Origin: an uncultured Candidatus Rokubacteria bacterium
GTDB taxonomy: Bacteria > Methylomirabilota > Methylomirabilia > Rokubacteriales > CSP1-6
Direction of reading: 5' to 3'
NCBI GenBank assembly: GCA_963754315.1
Contig: CAVWFS010000018.1
Span: 160,001-224,000 of the forward strand
Length of the DNA: 64,000 nt
Shown here: one piece after another, positions 38,139-46,642 of the stretch
Layout of the letters: the number at the start of each line of letters is the position of its first letter
Position numbering within the stretch: position 1 is the first letter of the stretch
Notes under the pieces: generated by a model
Databases searched by the model: none
What the model was told of the DNA's origin: nothing
What the model saw: the letters and a program-made list of their open reading frames with translations, nothing else
Position numbers and translations under genes: made by a program

Positions 38139-38308
38139 ATGAGCGAAGACACACTCCGCACGCTCGCGGAGCAGGTTCGCAACTGGGGACGGTGGGGCGT
38201 AGAGGATGAGATGCCGCCGATGGGCGGTACGCGTTCCTGCTGGTCGCGCCGCCTTTGCCGGTCACCGGTGCAGTGGGTACGCCGATCAATCCGTACGCGC
38301 TGAAGTGA
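38139..38308 (+). pseudogene. Internally deleted cyclase/kynurenine-formamidase-family gene remnant
   Basis: N-terminus MSEDTLRTLAEQVRNWGRWGVEDE is joined out of frame to C-terminus AADGRYAFLLVAPPLPVTGAVGTPINPYALK*. Confidence 0.75.
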
Positions 38309-38325
38309 TCAGGCGCGATACCAGA

Positions 38326-39054
38326 GTGTCGAGAGTGAGGACGACATGGGTTGCGGTTCCGCTTGTCCTCGTGGGTGGCAATCATGCTCTCGCGTCCGAT
38401 CCCCCGCGCTCGGGGCCCGTTCTCATGGCTCAGGTCCCCCCCAGTGCCATCGAGCTCGAGCGCTATACGGGCCTGCATGCGGCGGCGGCCCGCGGCGATG
38501 CCGTCGAGATCCGACGTCTCCTGTCTCAGGGGCTAGCTGCCGACCTACGGGATGGACATGGGCGCACGCCGCTTCACGTGGCCGCCTTCCAGTCGCGGTA
38601 TGAGGGGGCGCGTGCCCTCGTCCAGGGCGGCGCCGACCCGAACGCTCTTGACGCCCAGCGCTACGACATCGTCACCATCGCCGCCGTCAAGGATGACGTG
38701 GCCATGGTGAAGCTTGCCCTCGCCCTGGGGACGAGATCGGGCAATGTCACGAGTCCCTACGACGGCACCGCGCTCATCGCGGCGGCTCACCTTGGTCATG
38801 AGGGTGTGGTGCGTGAGCTGATCGCAGCCCGCGCTCCCCTCGACCACGTCAACAACCTGGGCTGGACGGCGCTCATCGAAGCCGTGGTGCTTGGCGACGG
38901 CGGCCCACGGCATGTGGCCACCGTGCGGGCCCTCGTGGAGGCGGGGGCCAGGACCGACCTGGCCGACCGCCAGGGGGCCACACCACTCACCTTGGCGCGA
39001 CAGCGAGGGTACGCGCCCATGATCGCCATTCTCGAGCGGGCGGGCGGCCGCTGA
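38326..39054 (+). CDS. Ankyrin repeat protein (start uncertain, possibly exported)
   Basis: GLHAAAARGD, GRTPLHVAAF, GTALIAAAHLGH, GWTALIEAV, GATPLTLA. Confidence 0.88.
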   Translation: MSRVRTTWVAVPLVLVGGNHALASDPPRSGPVLMAQVPPSAIELERYTGLHAAAARGDAVEIRRLLSQGLAADLRDGHGRTPLHVAAFQSRYEGARALVQGGADPNALDAQRYDIVTIAAVKDDVAMVKLALALGTRSGNVTSPYDGTALIAAAHLGHEGVVRELIAARAPLDHVNNLGWTALIEAVVLGDGGPRHVATVRALVEAGARTDLADRQGATPLTLARQRGYAPMIAILERAGGR

Positions 39055-39100
39055 CGGCACGGACCTACAGGACACCGGGAGGCGACTCCAGGGAGGACCA

Positions 39101-40450
39101 GTGATGACTACCGACGCCAAAATGATCAGCTACCTGTGGACTCACAAGACGCAGGATCATCCCTGGCTATCCGACGAGGAGCTGCTGATCGATCGGGCCG
39201 AGGGAGTCTGGGTCTGGACGCAAGGGGGCCGGAAGCTGATGGACGCCTTCGCGGGCCTCGCCGTCGTCAACGTGGGCCATGGGCGCCGGGAGATCGCTGA
39301 GGCCATCGCTGAGCAGACCGTGCGCCTGGCTTACTATCCAACCACGCGCCAGTTCTCCAACCGGCCTGCGGCAGAGCTCGCAGCCCGGCTGGCCGCCCTC
39401 ACGCCCGGTGATCTCACGTACACGCTGTTCGCGGTCAGCGGCTCCGAGGCCAACGAGCGGTCGATGCAGATCGCCCGCCACTACTGGCTAGCCCGGGGGC
39501 AGTCCGGCAAGCACAAGGTCATCTCCATGCAGGGCGGATACCACGGCGCCACCACCGGAACCTTCGCGGTCTGCGGCCTGCCGCACATGGTCGAACCCTA
39601 CGCGCCGCTCCAGGTACCTGGTTTCGCCAAGGTGACCGCGCCGCATCCATTCCGGGACCGCGGGACCGGCACCGATGATGAGCTGGTCGAGCGTCGAGCG
39701 GCCGAGCTCCGGCAGGCCATCCTGCGCGAAGGCCCGGAGACAGTCTCGGCCGTCATCCTGGAGCCGGTGCTGTCCTCAGGGGGCTTCATCATCCCACCGC
39801 TCGGGTGGCTTCGCGCCGTGCGCGCGATCTGCGACGAGCTGGACGTCCTCATGATCGCCGACGAAGTCATCACGGGCTTCGGGCGCACGGGGCGGTGGTT
39901 TGCCTGCGAGCACGAGAGTGTCGTGCCAGACTTAATGTCAGTGGCCAAGGGCATCACCTCCGGCTATGTGCCGCTCTCGGCCAGCATTGCGCGCCGCCAT
40001 CTGGCCGACGCGTTCCCGGAGGGCGGCACCCAGGAGAACGTCCACCCGAACACCTATGCCGCTCACCCGGTGGCCTGCGCGGCCGCCCTGGCCAATCTCC
40101 GCATCATGGAACAGGACCGCCTCGTCGAGAATGCGGAAACGATGGGGGCACATCTTCTCAAGAGCCTGAAGATTGCCGTGGGGCACCGTTCGATCGTGGG
40201 CGAGGTGCGTGGTCGCGGGTTGATGGTCTGCGTCGATCTGGTGGATCCGGATGGCTCCGGCCGACCCCTCGAGGCCAAGCGCGTCGCCGACCTCGACCGT
40301 CACGCCTGGGAACGGGGTGCCATTGTGTATGCGCGGGGGAGCGTCGTGCGATTGGCTCCGCCCCTCTGCATCTCCCGCGCAGAGGTGGATGAGCTCGTCG
40401 CTATCGTGGCTGACAGCGTGGATGCTCTTGCCAAGGATGCTGCGGCCTGA
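39101..40450 (+). CDS. Class III PLP aminotransferase
   Basis: NVGHGR, SGSEANE, YHG, LMIADEVITGFGRTG, AKGITSGY, VRGRGL. Confidence 0.93.
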   Translation: MMTTDAKMISYLWTHKTQDHPWLSDEELLIDRAEGVWVWTQGGRKLMDAFAGLAVVNVGHGRREIAEAIAEQTVRLAYYPTTRQFSNRPAAELAARLAALTPGDLTYTLFAVSGSEANERSMQIARHYWLARGQSGKHKVISMQGGYHGATTGTFAVCGLPHMVEPYAPLQVPGFAKVTAPHPFRDRGTGTDDELVERRAAELRQAILREGPETVSAVILEPVLSSGGFIIPPLGWLRAVRAICDELDVLMIADEVITGFGRTGRWFACEHESVVPDLMSVAKGITSGYVPLSASIARRHLADAFPEGGTQENVHPNTYAAHPVACAAALANLRIMEQDRLVENAETMGAHLLKSLKIAVGHRSIVGEVRGRGLMVCVDLVDPDGSGRPLEAKRVADLDRHAWERGAIVYARGSVVRLAPPLCISRAEVDELVAIVADSVDALAKDAAA

Positions 40451-40536
40451 GAGCCGTCCTGGATTGTGGTCGGCGGCTGCCGGGCGGGCACTCGCAAGTG
40501 GAAGCTCGGGCGAGTCCTTGCTACGCTGAGGGGACG

Positions 40537-40851
40537 ATGAGGGTCCTTCGCATCGTGGCAATGCTCGTGCTCGCGGCGGCCCTGGATTTCGGGGTCCCTC
40601 CTGTCTCCGAAGTGCGGGACGTTTCAGAAGAAATTCAGGAGGTTTCCCACGGCAGCCGGCGCCGCCCCCACCAACACCCCCTGATCCGAGAGACGAGCCT
40701 TCCTCCGAAGGCCGGGCAGGGTCCGCACGAATCGATCCAACCTCGGTCACGGAGCACCTCCGTCTGGGTGCCATCGCTGGCGGGCGACCATCGCCCGCGA
40801 AAGGTGCCACCTTCGTCGGCCGATTCTGCCTCACCTTCGGACGACCACTAG
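40537..40851 (+). CDS. Small hypothetical protein with N-terminal hydrophobic segment
   Basis: GAGGG RBS. MRVLRIVAMLVLAAALD... then low-complexity tail ending SDDH. Confidence 0.45.
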   Translation: MRVLRIVAMLVLAAALDFGVPPVSEVRDVSEEIQEVSHGSRRRPHQHPLIRETSLPPKAGQGPHESIQPRSRSTSVWVPSLAGDHRPRKVPPSSADSASPSDDH

Positions 40852-40980
40852 CCGCTCGGTTGTTCCCGTTCGCTGACTGAGCGGGTCCGCCCGCCGATTC
40901 CCCGGTGTGACTCCCGGGAGACGTCCGGAAGTCGGCCCCAAGGAGATTGCTACGTCATGCCCACTCACGACAAATTTGAA

Positions 40981-41006
40981 GGCCGCTTGCCGAGAGGCAA
41001 GCGGCC
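40981..41006 (+). promoter_or_regulatory. Perfect 11-bp hairpin with GAGA tetraloop directly before the terC RBS
   Basis: GGCCGCTTGCC-GAGA-GGCAAGCGGCC followed immediately by AGGAG. Confidence 0.55.
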
Positions 41007-41021
41007 AGGAGTCTGAGATCG

Positions 41022-42077
41022 ATGCCCGTCCTCTTTCCACTCGCCGAATCCTGGTGGCTCTATCTTGGCTTCACGGCTGTGGTCGTCGGCCTGCTAGCCC
41101 TCGACCTCGGTGTCCTTCACCGCCGTTCACGGGAGGTTAGCTTCAAGGAGGCGGTGACGTGGTGCCTGATCTGGGTGAGCCTGGCCCTCCTCTTCAACGT
41201 TGGCTTGTATGCGTACGCCCGCTGGAGGTTTCCTCAGGACGGACGGCTCGCCCTCATCCCCAATTTCGATCCGGAGGCCGCGGCCTGGCAGGTTGCCCTG
41301 GAGTTTCTCACCGGGTACCTAGTCGAGTACTCCCTGTCCGTCGACAACATTTTCGTCTTCGTCCTCGTCCTCGGATACTTCGGTGTCCCGGCCCGCCACC
41401 AGCATCGGGTTCTCTTCTACGGCATCCTGGGGGCTCTGCTGTCCCGGGCCGTCTTCATAGCGCTGGGATCGGTGCTGATGCAATTCCACTGGGTCGTATG
41501 GCTGTTCGGGCTGCTTCTCATCTTCAGTGGCATCAAGACGGCATTCGCCTCCGAGCACGCCGTGGAGCCCGAGCGAAATGTGGTCATCCGCATCCTGCGG
41601 GTTTTCCTGCCGGTGACAGCGGGGTTTCGAGACCAGCACTTCTTTGTCCGCCAGGACGGACGAATCTGGGCGACACCTCTGCTGGTGGCCCTGCTGTGTC
41701 TGGAGGCGAGCGACATCGTCTTCGCTATCGACTCCGTGCCAGCGATCTTCGCGCTCACACGGGAGCCCTTTGTCGTGTTTACCTCGAATATCTTCGCCAT
41801 CCTGGGTCTTCGATCGATGTACTTCATGCTCGGAGGCGTCGTGGAGAGGTTCCACTTGCTACGGTACGGATTGGCTCTCGTGCTTGTCTTCGTCGGGCTC
41901 AAGATGGTCTGGCTCGATGCGTGGTTCGGGGGAAAGTTCCCCATTGGCCTCTCGCTGACCGTCATCGGTTCGGTGCTCACCCTGTCACTGGTCCTCTCGC
42001 TCCTTTGTCCGCGATCGGCCGAATCCACCAACGACACCGCGGCCCGAGCGCGCCGAGTCAAGCCGCGACCATCATGA
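41022..42077 (+). CDS. terC: TerC/Alx-family membrane protein
   Basis: LALDLG, GYLVEYSLSVDNIFVF, QHRVLFYGILGAL, DIVFAIDSVPAIFA, SNIFAILGLRSMYF. Confidence 0.93.
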   Translation: MPVLFPLAESWWLYLGFTAVVVGLLALDLGVLHRRSREVSFKEAVTWCLIWVSLALLFNVGLYAYARWRFPQDGRLALIPNFDPEAAAWQVALEFLTGYLVEYSLSVDNIFVFVLVLGYFGVPARHQHRVLFYGILGALLSRAVFIALGSVLMQFHWVVWLFGLLLIFSGIKTAFASEHAVEPERNVVIRILRVFLPVTAGFRDQHFFVRQDGRIWATPLLVALLCLEASDIVFAIDSVPAIFALTREPFVVFTSNIFAILGLRSMYFMLGGVVERFHLLRYGLALVLVFVGLKMVWLDAWFGGKFPIGLSLTVIGSVLTLSLVLSLLCPRSAESTNDTAARARRVKPRPS

Positions 42078-42148
42078 GTCCAGCATCTCCTCGATGCGCT
42101 ATGCTACCTGCGGCGCGAACCACGCCTGAGCCCGTCGAGCCCCCGCGC

Positions 42149-42332
42149 ATGGGGGCTGTCGAGGCCGCGGCGCAGCGGCGGGTCGAGGGGCGCGCCGGGT
42201 TCCCCGGCGGGCCCTGAGCGTCGGGGGGTATGGGGGCTGTCGAGGCCCCGGCGCGCGGCGGGTCGAGGGGCGCGCCGGGTTCCCCGGGGGCCCCGAGCGT
42301 GGGGGGTATGGGGGGCCGTCGAGGCCCCCCAT
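42149..42332. repeat. Tandem ~80-bp GC-rich direct repeat with palindromic REP-like units
   Basis: Units start at 42149, 42230 and 42308 (ATGGGGGC.GTCGAGGCC). The last partial unit is the palindrome ATGGGGGGCC-GTCGA-GGCCCCCCAT. Confidence 0.85.
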
Positions 42333-42351
42333 TATGATCAGGAGGCGAGAC

Positions 42352-42958
42352 ATGGATGTTCGTCAGCTGTTTCTCGACCAGCACAGCGCCATGCACTCGG
42401 TCGCGGTAGCGGGCAACAAAACATCGGCGGCGGACCGGGCCTTTGGGGGGCTCAGCGATGAGCAGATGCGTGTGCGCCCACGCGAGGACCTCAACTCGTT
42501 GGCGTGGCTCATGTGGCACATCGCACGCGCCGAAGACATCATCGTGAACCCGGTCCTCGGCGCGCGCTCTCAGGTCTTCGACGACGGGTGGCTCCGGCGG
42601 CTCGGCATCGAGCGCCGCGACTTCGGCATCGGGATGAGCAGCGCCGAAGTCTCGGAAGTTGACCCGGCAGGTAGACCTGGCAGCGCTGCGCGACTATCGC
42701 GACGCCGTGGGGCGCCGCACGCGCGAGGTCGTTGGTGCCTTTCAGGCTTCGGATTGGGCCGGGGAGGTGTCCGCCTCCTCGCTGGAGGCGGCAGGCGCCG
42801 CAGGAGCCTTTGGCACGCGTCGGGAGGGCATGGTCAAGGCCTTCACGGGGCGTCCCCGTGCGATGGCTCTGAGCGGGATCGCCCTATTTCATCCGGCCGG
42901 GCACCTTGGCGAGGCGGTCACCGTCCGCAGCGCGGGAGGCTTCGGTACCGGTATCTGA
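42352..42958 (+). pseudogene. DinB-superfamily protein with 1-bp frameshift near 42656
   Basis: NSLAWLMWHIARAED in frame 1. LTRQVDLAALRDYRDAV...HPAGHLGEA in the shifted frame. AGGAGG RBS. Confidence 0.78.
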
Positions 42959-43020
42959 GCCGTGAACGCCCCTTTTCGGCGCTTGCTCGGGCCGCACGGT
43001 ACTGTTCGGCCCCCACCAAG

Positions 43021-44139
43021 TCAAACGGAAGCCGTGGGATCCTCCGGGATGCTGACGCAGGCGGTGGGTGGGAGCCAGAGCGAGATCCGGTCGCCTGGCT
43101 GGAAAGGTGCGGTCGATTTGGCTTGAACCCGCATTCGTGTCCCGCCCGCTTCGACGTGGTAATCGATGTGGTCACCCATGTAGACCCTGCTCGTTACGGA
43201 GCCGTTCAAACGATTGTCCGCATCGGGACCCGGAGGACCGATCTCCACGTCCTCCGGGCGGATCGAGATCAGCACTGGCGTTCCTACCGACGGCGCGGCC
43301 CCCGACACGACCGCACGCAGGACGGTCTGTCCTCCGCCGCCGAGAACCAGCGTGGTCTGCACTGACCCGTTCGAAGGCGCTGCGGTCACCTTCGCCGCGA
43401 GCAGATTCGTCAACCCAATGAACTCGGCCACGAATCGATTGGCCGGCCGCGTATAGATTGTCCGAGCATCGCCCTGTTGCTCGATCCGACCCTGGTTCAT
43501 CACGATGATCTGATCGGAGATCACGATGGCCTCGGCCTGATCGTGGGTGACATACACGGAGGTGATGCCGACCTCACGCTGGAGCCGCACGATTTCCATC
43601 CTGAGCTGCTCGCGCAGCTTGGCGTCGAGATTCGACAGGGGCTCGTCGAAGAGGAGGAGGCGGGGGTTGAAGATCAGGGCGCGGGCGAGGGCGACACGCT
43701 GCTGCTGGCCCCCGGAAAGCCTGCTGGCGTACTGGTCACGGAACCGGGCTAGCCCGACCATGCCGAGCACTTCCTCGACGCGCGGGGCGATCTGAGGTCG
43801 CGGCCACTTCCTCACCTCAAGGGGATAGGCGACGTTCTGCGCCACCGTCATGTGGGGCCAGACCGCGTACGACTGGAAGACCAAGCCTACGTTCCGCCGT
43901 TCGGGCGGCACGACGATCCCGTCGGCGGTCGAGGTCATGGCCTCGCCGTCGATGGTGATGAGTCCGGCCTCGGGCTGCTCGAGACCCGCGATGCAGCGCA
44001 GCGTCGTTGTCTTCCCGCATCCGCTTGGCCCGAGCAAGGTCAGAATCTTCCCCCGCTCCACCCCGAAGGAGACTCCGGCCACCGCTGCCTCGCGCCCGAA
44101 GCTCTTGCGGAGCCCCTCCACAACGAGGTAGTCGGCCAC
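43021..44139 (-). CDS. ABC transporter ATP-binding protein (PotA/FbpC-like, TOBE domain)
   Basis: GPSGCGKTT, FQSYAVWPH, LSGGQQQR, LLFDEP, YVTHDQ. Confidence 0.93.
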   Translation of the reverse strand: MADYLVVEGLRKSFGREAAVAGVSFGVERGKILTLLGPSGCGKTTTLRCIAGLEQPEAGLITIDGEAMTSTADGIVVPPERRNVGLVFQSYAVWPHMTVAQNVAYPLEVRKWPRPQIAPRVEEVLGMVGLARFRDQYASRLSGGQQQRVALARALIFNPRLLLFDEPLSNLDAKLREQLRMEIVRLQREVGITSVYVTHDQAEAIVISDQIIVMNQGRIEQQGDARTIYTRPANRFVAEFIGLTNLLAAKVTAAPSNGSVQTTLVLGGGGQTVLRAVVSGAAPSVGTPVLISIRPEDVEIGPPGPDADNRLNGSVTSRVYMGDHIDYHVEAGGTRMRVQAKSTAPFQPGDRISLWLPPTACVSIPEDPTASV

Positions 44140-44171
44140 CGGAAGCCGGAACGAGACGGCCTGTCGACCCG

Positions 44172-45314
44172 CTAGGTGATCAGACCGTAGAACTTTCCGG
44201 CATTCTCGCAGGTGATCTTGTGGGTGACCTCCGGCGGCAGGTGGCCGAATTGTTCCTGGATGTACTTGGACGACTCGGGCCAGACGCCGTCGCCATGAGG
44301 ATAGTCAGAGCCCCACATGAGAGTCTCCACGCCCATGTCGTCGATCAGCTTGGTGCCGATGCGGTCGAACTGGAAGGTTGCTTTGCACTGCCGGCGCCAA
44401 TAGTCGCTGGGCTTCATCGTGAGGCCGAGGTCACGGAAGCGGTCCTCCCACTCGAAGTCCATCCGGTCGAGGGCGTAGGGTACCCACCCGATGCCGCTCT
44501 CGCCGAAGGCGATGCGGATGTTGGGATAGCGCTCGAGGACGGCACTGCCAATGACGGCGGCCAGAATGTTGATGAGATTCATCTGGAATCCCGACACCAC
44601 GGTGAAGAAAGCAGCGCGTCGGGTGCGGCCCGTCTGCTGATCGAGCTGCCCAGGGGGCAGGGCCGGGAAGGTGTGAAAGTGCAGAGGCAGAGCCACGTCG
44701 TTGACAGCCTTCCACAGGGGCTCCCAGACAGGATGCCACATGGGCTCCATGTCCCAGGAGCAGGACAACTCCATGCCCCGCAAACCGAGGCGGGCAACCC
44801 GGTGAATCTCCTTGACGGCGGCGTCGATGTCGCCGTAGGGCAGGCACGCCAGACCGATAAAGCGACCGGGATCGTGACGACAGAAGGTGACCAGCCAGTC
44901 GTTGTAGATCTGGAACATCTCGTTGGCGGCCTCGGGGTCATTGAGCCGGGTGGCGGCCCCCAGGATGCCGTAGATGACCTCCGCCTGGACGCCATCGCGC
45001 TCCATGTCCTTGGCGCGCAGCGCGGGGTCCGTCGGCCGCCGGATTCCCTTCTTGCCATCCTCGTAGAGGCCCGTGGAGGCCATCACATCGACGCGGTAGT
45101 GCGAGCCGGGCACGAACTTCTGCCCGGCTGGCCCCACCCCGTTGACAAGGCCGAACGAGGTGCCGTTCTTACACGTCCAGTAAGGGCCGTCGGGCCCCTC
45201 GGCGACATACGGCATGCGGTCCTTCATGGTGGCCGAGGCATGGGCCGTAAAGAGATCAGGTGGAATCCAGGGCAGATCGATGTGGCAGTCGGCGGAGATC
45301 CTGGTGTAGGACAT
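44172..45314 (-). CDS. Amidohydrolase family protein (Amidohydro_2)
   Basis: ISADCHI, YNDWL, LHFH, ESGIGWVPY, MWGSDYPH. Confidence 0.9.
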   Translation of the reverse strand: MSYTRISADCHIDLPWIPPDLFTAHASATMKDRMPYVAEGPDGPYWTCKNGTSFGLVNGVGPAGQKFVPGSHYRVDVMASTGLYEDGKKGIRRPTDPALRAKDMERDGVQAEVIYGILGAATRLNDPEAANEMFQIYNDWLVTFCRHDPGRFIGLACLPYGDIDAAVKEIHRVARLGLRGMELSCSWDMEPMWHPVWEPLWKAVNDVALPLHFHTFPALPPGQLDQQTGRTRRAAFFTVVSGFQMNLINILAAVIGSAVLERYPNIRIAFGESGIGWVPYALDRMDFEWEDRFRDLGLTMKPSDYWRRQCKATFQFDRIGTKLIDDMGVETLMWGSDYPHGDGVWPESSKYIQEQFGHLPPEVTHKITCENAGKFYGLIT

Positions 45315-45457
45315 GTGGCTCCTCGATTGCGAGTTCTTACCGTTCCGGGGACGGTCCGCCGTCCACGGGCCGATCCGGCATCACACTAGCATGGACACCT
45401 CGATAGCGTAACCGGGCCCCACGGACAGGGCCCGGCCGAATAATGCTCGCCGCACCA

Positions 45458-46519
45458 TCAGCCGCAAGCGACGGCGTACACGTCCAGCACCCCGTCCGGC
45501 AAGGTCGACTCCTGCCAGGTTTGGCCTCCGTTCTGCGTGCCGAAGACCTGACCACATCGACTGACGCAGTAGATCTGGTCCGGATCCTGGCCATGCAGTG
45601 CGACCGCCATCATGGTTGCCCGGGCCTTGACCCCGTGATCGAGGCGTGTCCACGTCTGACCGAGATCCTGGCTGCGATAGAGCGACCCGTCCTGACTTCG
45701 CGAGGCCGGGCTGAGGCACGCGTAGAGAACGCGCGGGTCGTGGGGAGATACGCGGACGTCGCGGCCATAGGTCAGCGGGGAGTACCGCCCGATCGCCATG
45801 TCCTGCCAGCTCGTGCCGCGGTCCGGACTCCGAAAGAGGCCCATGCGGACGGCAAGGAACACGGTTCCCGGCTGGGCCGCGCTCACGCACAGAGCATGGG
45901 CATCCAGCATTCCCTCGGTCTCGGTGTCGCTCTGGATCTTGCTCTTCAGGTGCGACTGATCGGCCAAGCCGATCAGGTCGCGGCTGCAGTCCATCCAGCT
46001 CTCCCCGCCGTCCAGGCTTCGCATGACACCAGCCACTTCGAGCGCCGCATACAGGGCGTCGGGCTGATTGGGATCAGCCGCCAGACGCATGACGCGCGAG
46101 GCGAACGCCATCTTGACTAGTTCTGGCTGAACCGCCTTCGGGAGTCGCCGCCAACTGTCGCCGCCGTTGTCGCTGCGGTACACCGCGACTGGCGACGTGC
46201 CCGCGTAGAGGATTCGCGGATCTCGCGGATGGACGAGGATCGACCACACCTGCCTGTCGTCATCGGGGAATCCGAGCCGCTCCCAGCTGGCGCCATGGTC
46301 CGTGCTCCGGTAGGGCCCGTTCTGGGTACCCAGATAGACCACCTCGGGGCTTGTCGGGTGGACGGTGATCGCCTGGACGTCTGTTCGCTCGGGCAGTCCC
46401 TTGCTGACCGCCTCCCAGTGGTCGTCGCCCACGGCCCGTCGGAAGAGGCCTCCCACGCTCCCACCCGTCCACTGCGCCGCACCGACGTACACGTATGAGA
46501 GAGCTGACCCGTTGGACAT
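45458..46519 (-). CDS. BNR/Asp-box beta-propeller protein
   Basis: Repeated RSxDxGxSW Asp-boxes (RSTDHGASW, RSDNGGDSW, RSLDGGESW, RSPDRGTSW, RSQDLGQTW). Confidence 0.85.
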   Translation of the reverse strand: MSNGSALSYVYVGAAQWTGGSVGGLFRRAVGDDHWEAVSKGLPERTDVQAITVHPTSPEVVYLGTQNGPYRSTDHGASWERLGFPDDDRQVWSILVHPRDPRILYAGTSPVAVYRSDNGGDSWRRLPKAVQPELVKMAFASRVMRLAADPNQPDALYAALEVAGVMRSLDGGESWMDCSRDLIGLADQSHLKSKIQSDTETEGMLDAHALCVSAAQPGTVFLAVRMGLFRSPDRGTSWQDMAIGRYSPLTYGRDVRVSPHDPRVLYACLSPASRSQDGSLYRSQDLGQTWTRLDHGVKARATMMAVALHGQDPDQIYCVSRCGQVFGTQNGGQTWQESTLPDGVLDVYAVACG

Positions 46520-46534
46520 TATCGTGTCCTTTCT

Positions 46535-46594
46535 TGCGCTTCGCCTATGTATGCTCGTTCGTCTCTGCGCTTCGCCTATGTATGCTCGTTCGTC
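46535..46594. repeat. Perfect 29-bp direct repeat x2 (period 31)
   Basis: TGCGCTTCGCCTATGTATGCTCGTTCGTC at 46535 and 46566. Confidence 0.9.
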
Positions 46595-46642
46595 GCGCGT
46601 CTACCTCACCGTGTGACCACGCCTCGCTCGCCCTCGGCGTCT

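Noticed and set aside
40852..41021. yybP-ykoY manganese riboswitch upstream of terC
   Set aside because: Consensus elements (GGGGAGUA...CGUC...GAGACC) are not recognisable by eye. An Rfam scan is needed to exclude it fully.
42149..42332. CRISPR array
   Set aside because: The whole ~80-bp unit repeats with no unique spacers, and there are no cas genes.
42334..43365. 343-aa ORF as a single real protein
   Set aside because: Only the first ~100 codons are DinB-like. The rest is out-of-frame read-through overlapping the ABC ATPase on the other strand.
44007..45389. 460-aa plus-strand ORF
   Set aside because: Antisense shadow of the amidohydrolase.
46535..46594. Mini-CRISPR from 29-bp repeats
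   Set aside because: Only 2 bp separate the repeats, so there is no spacer.
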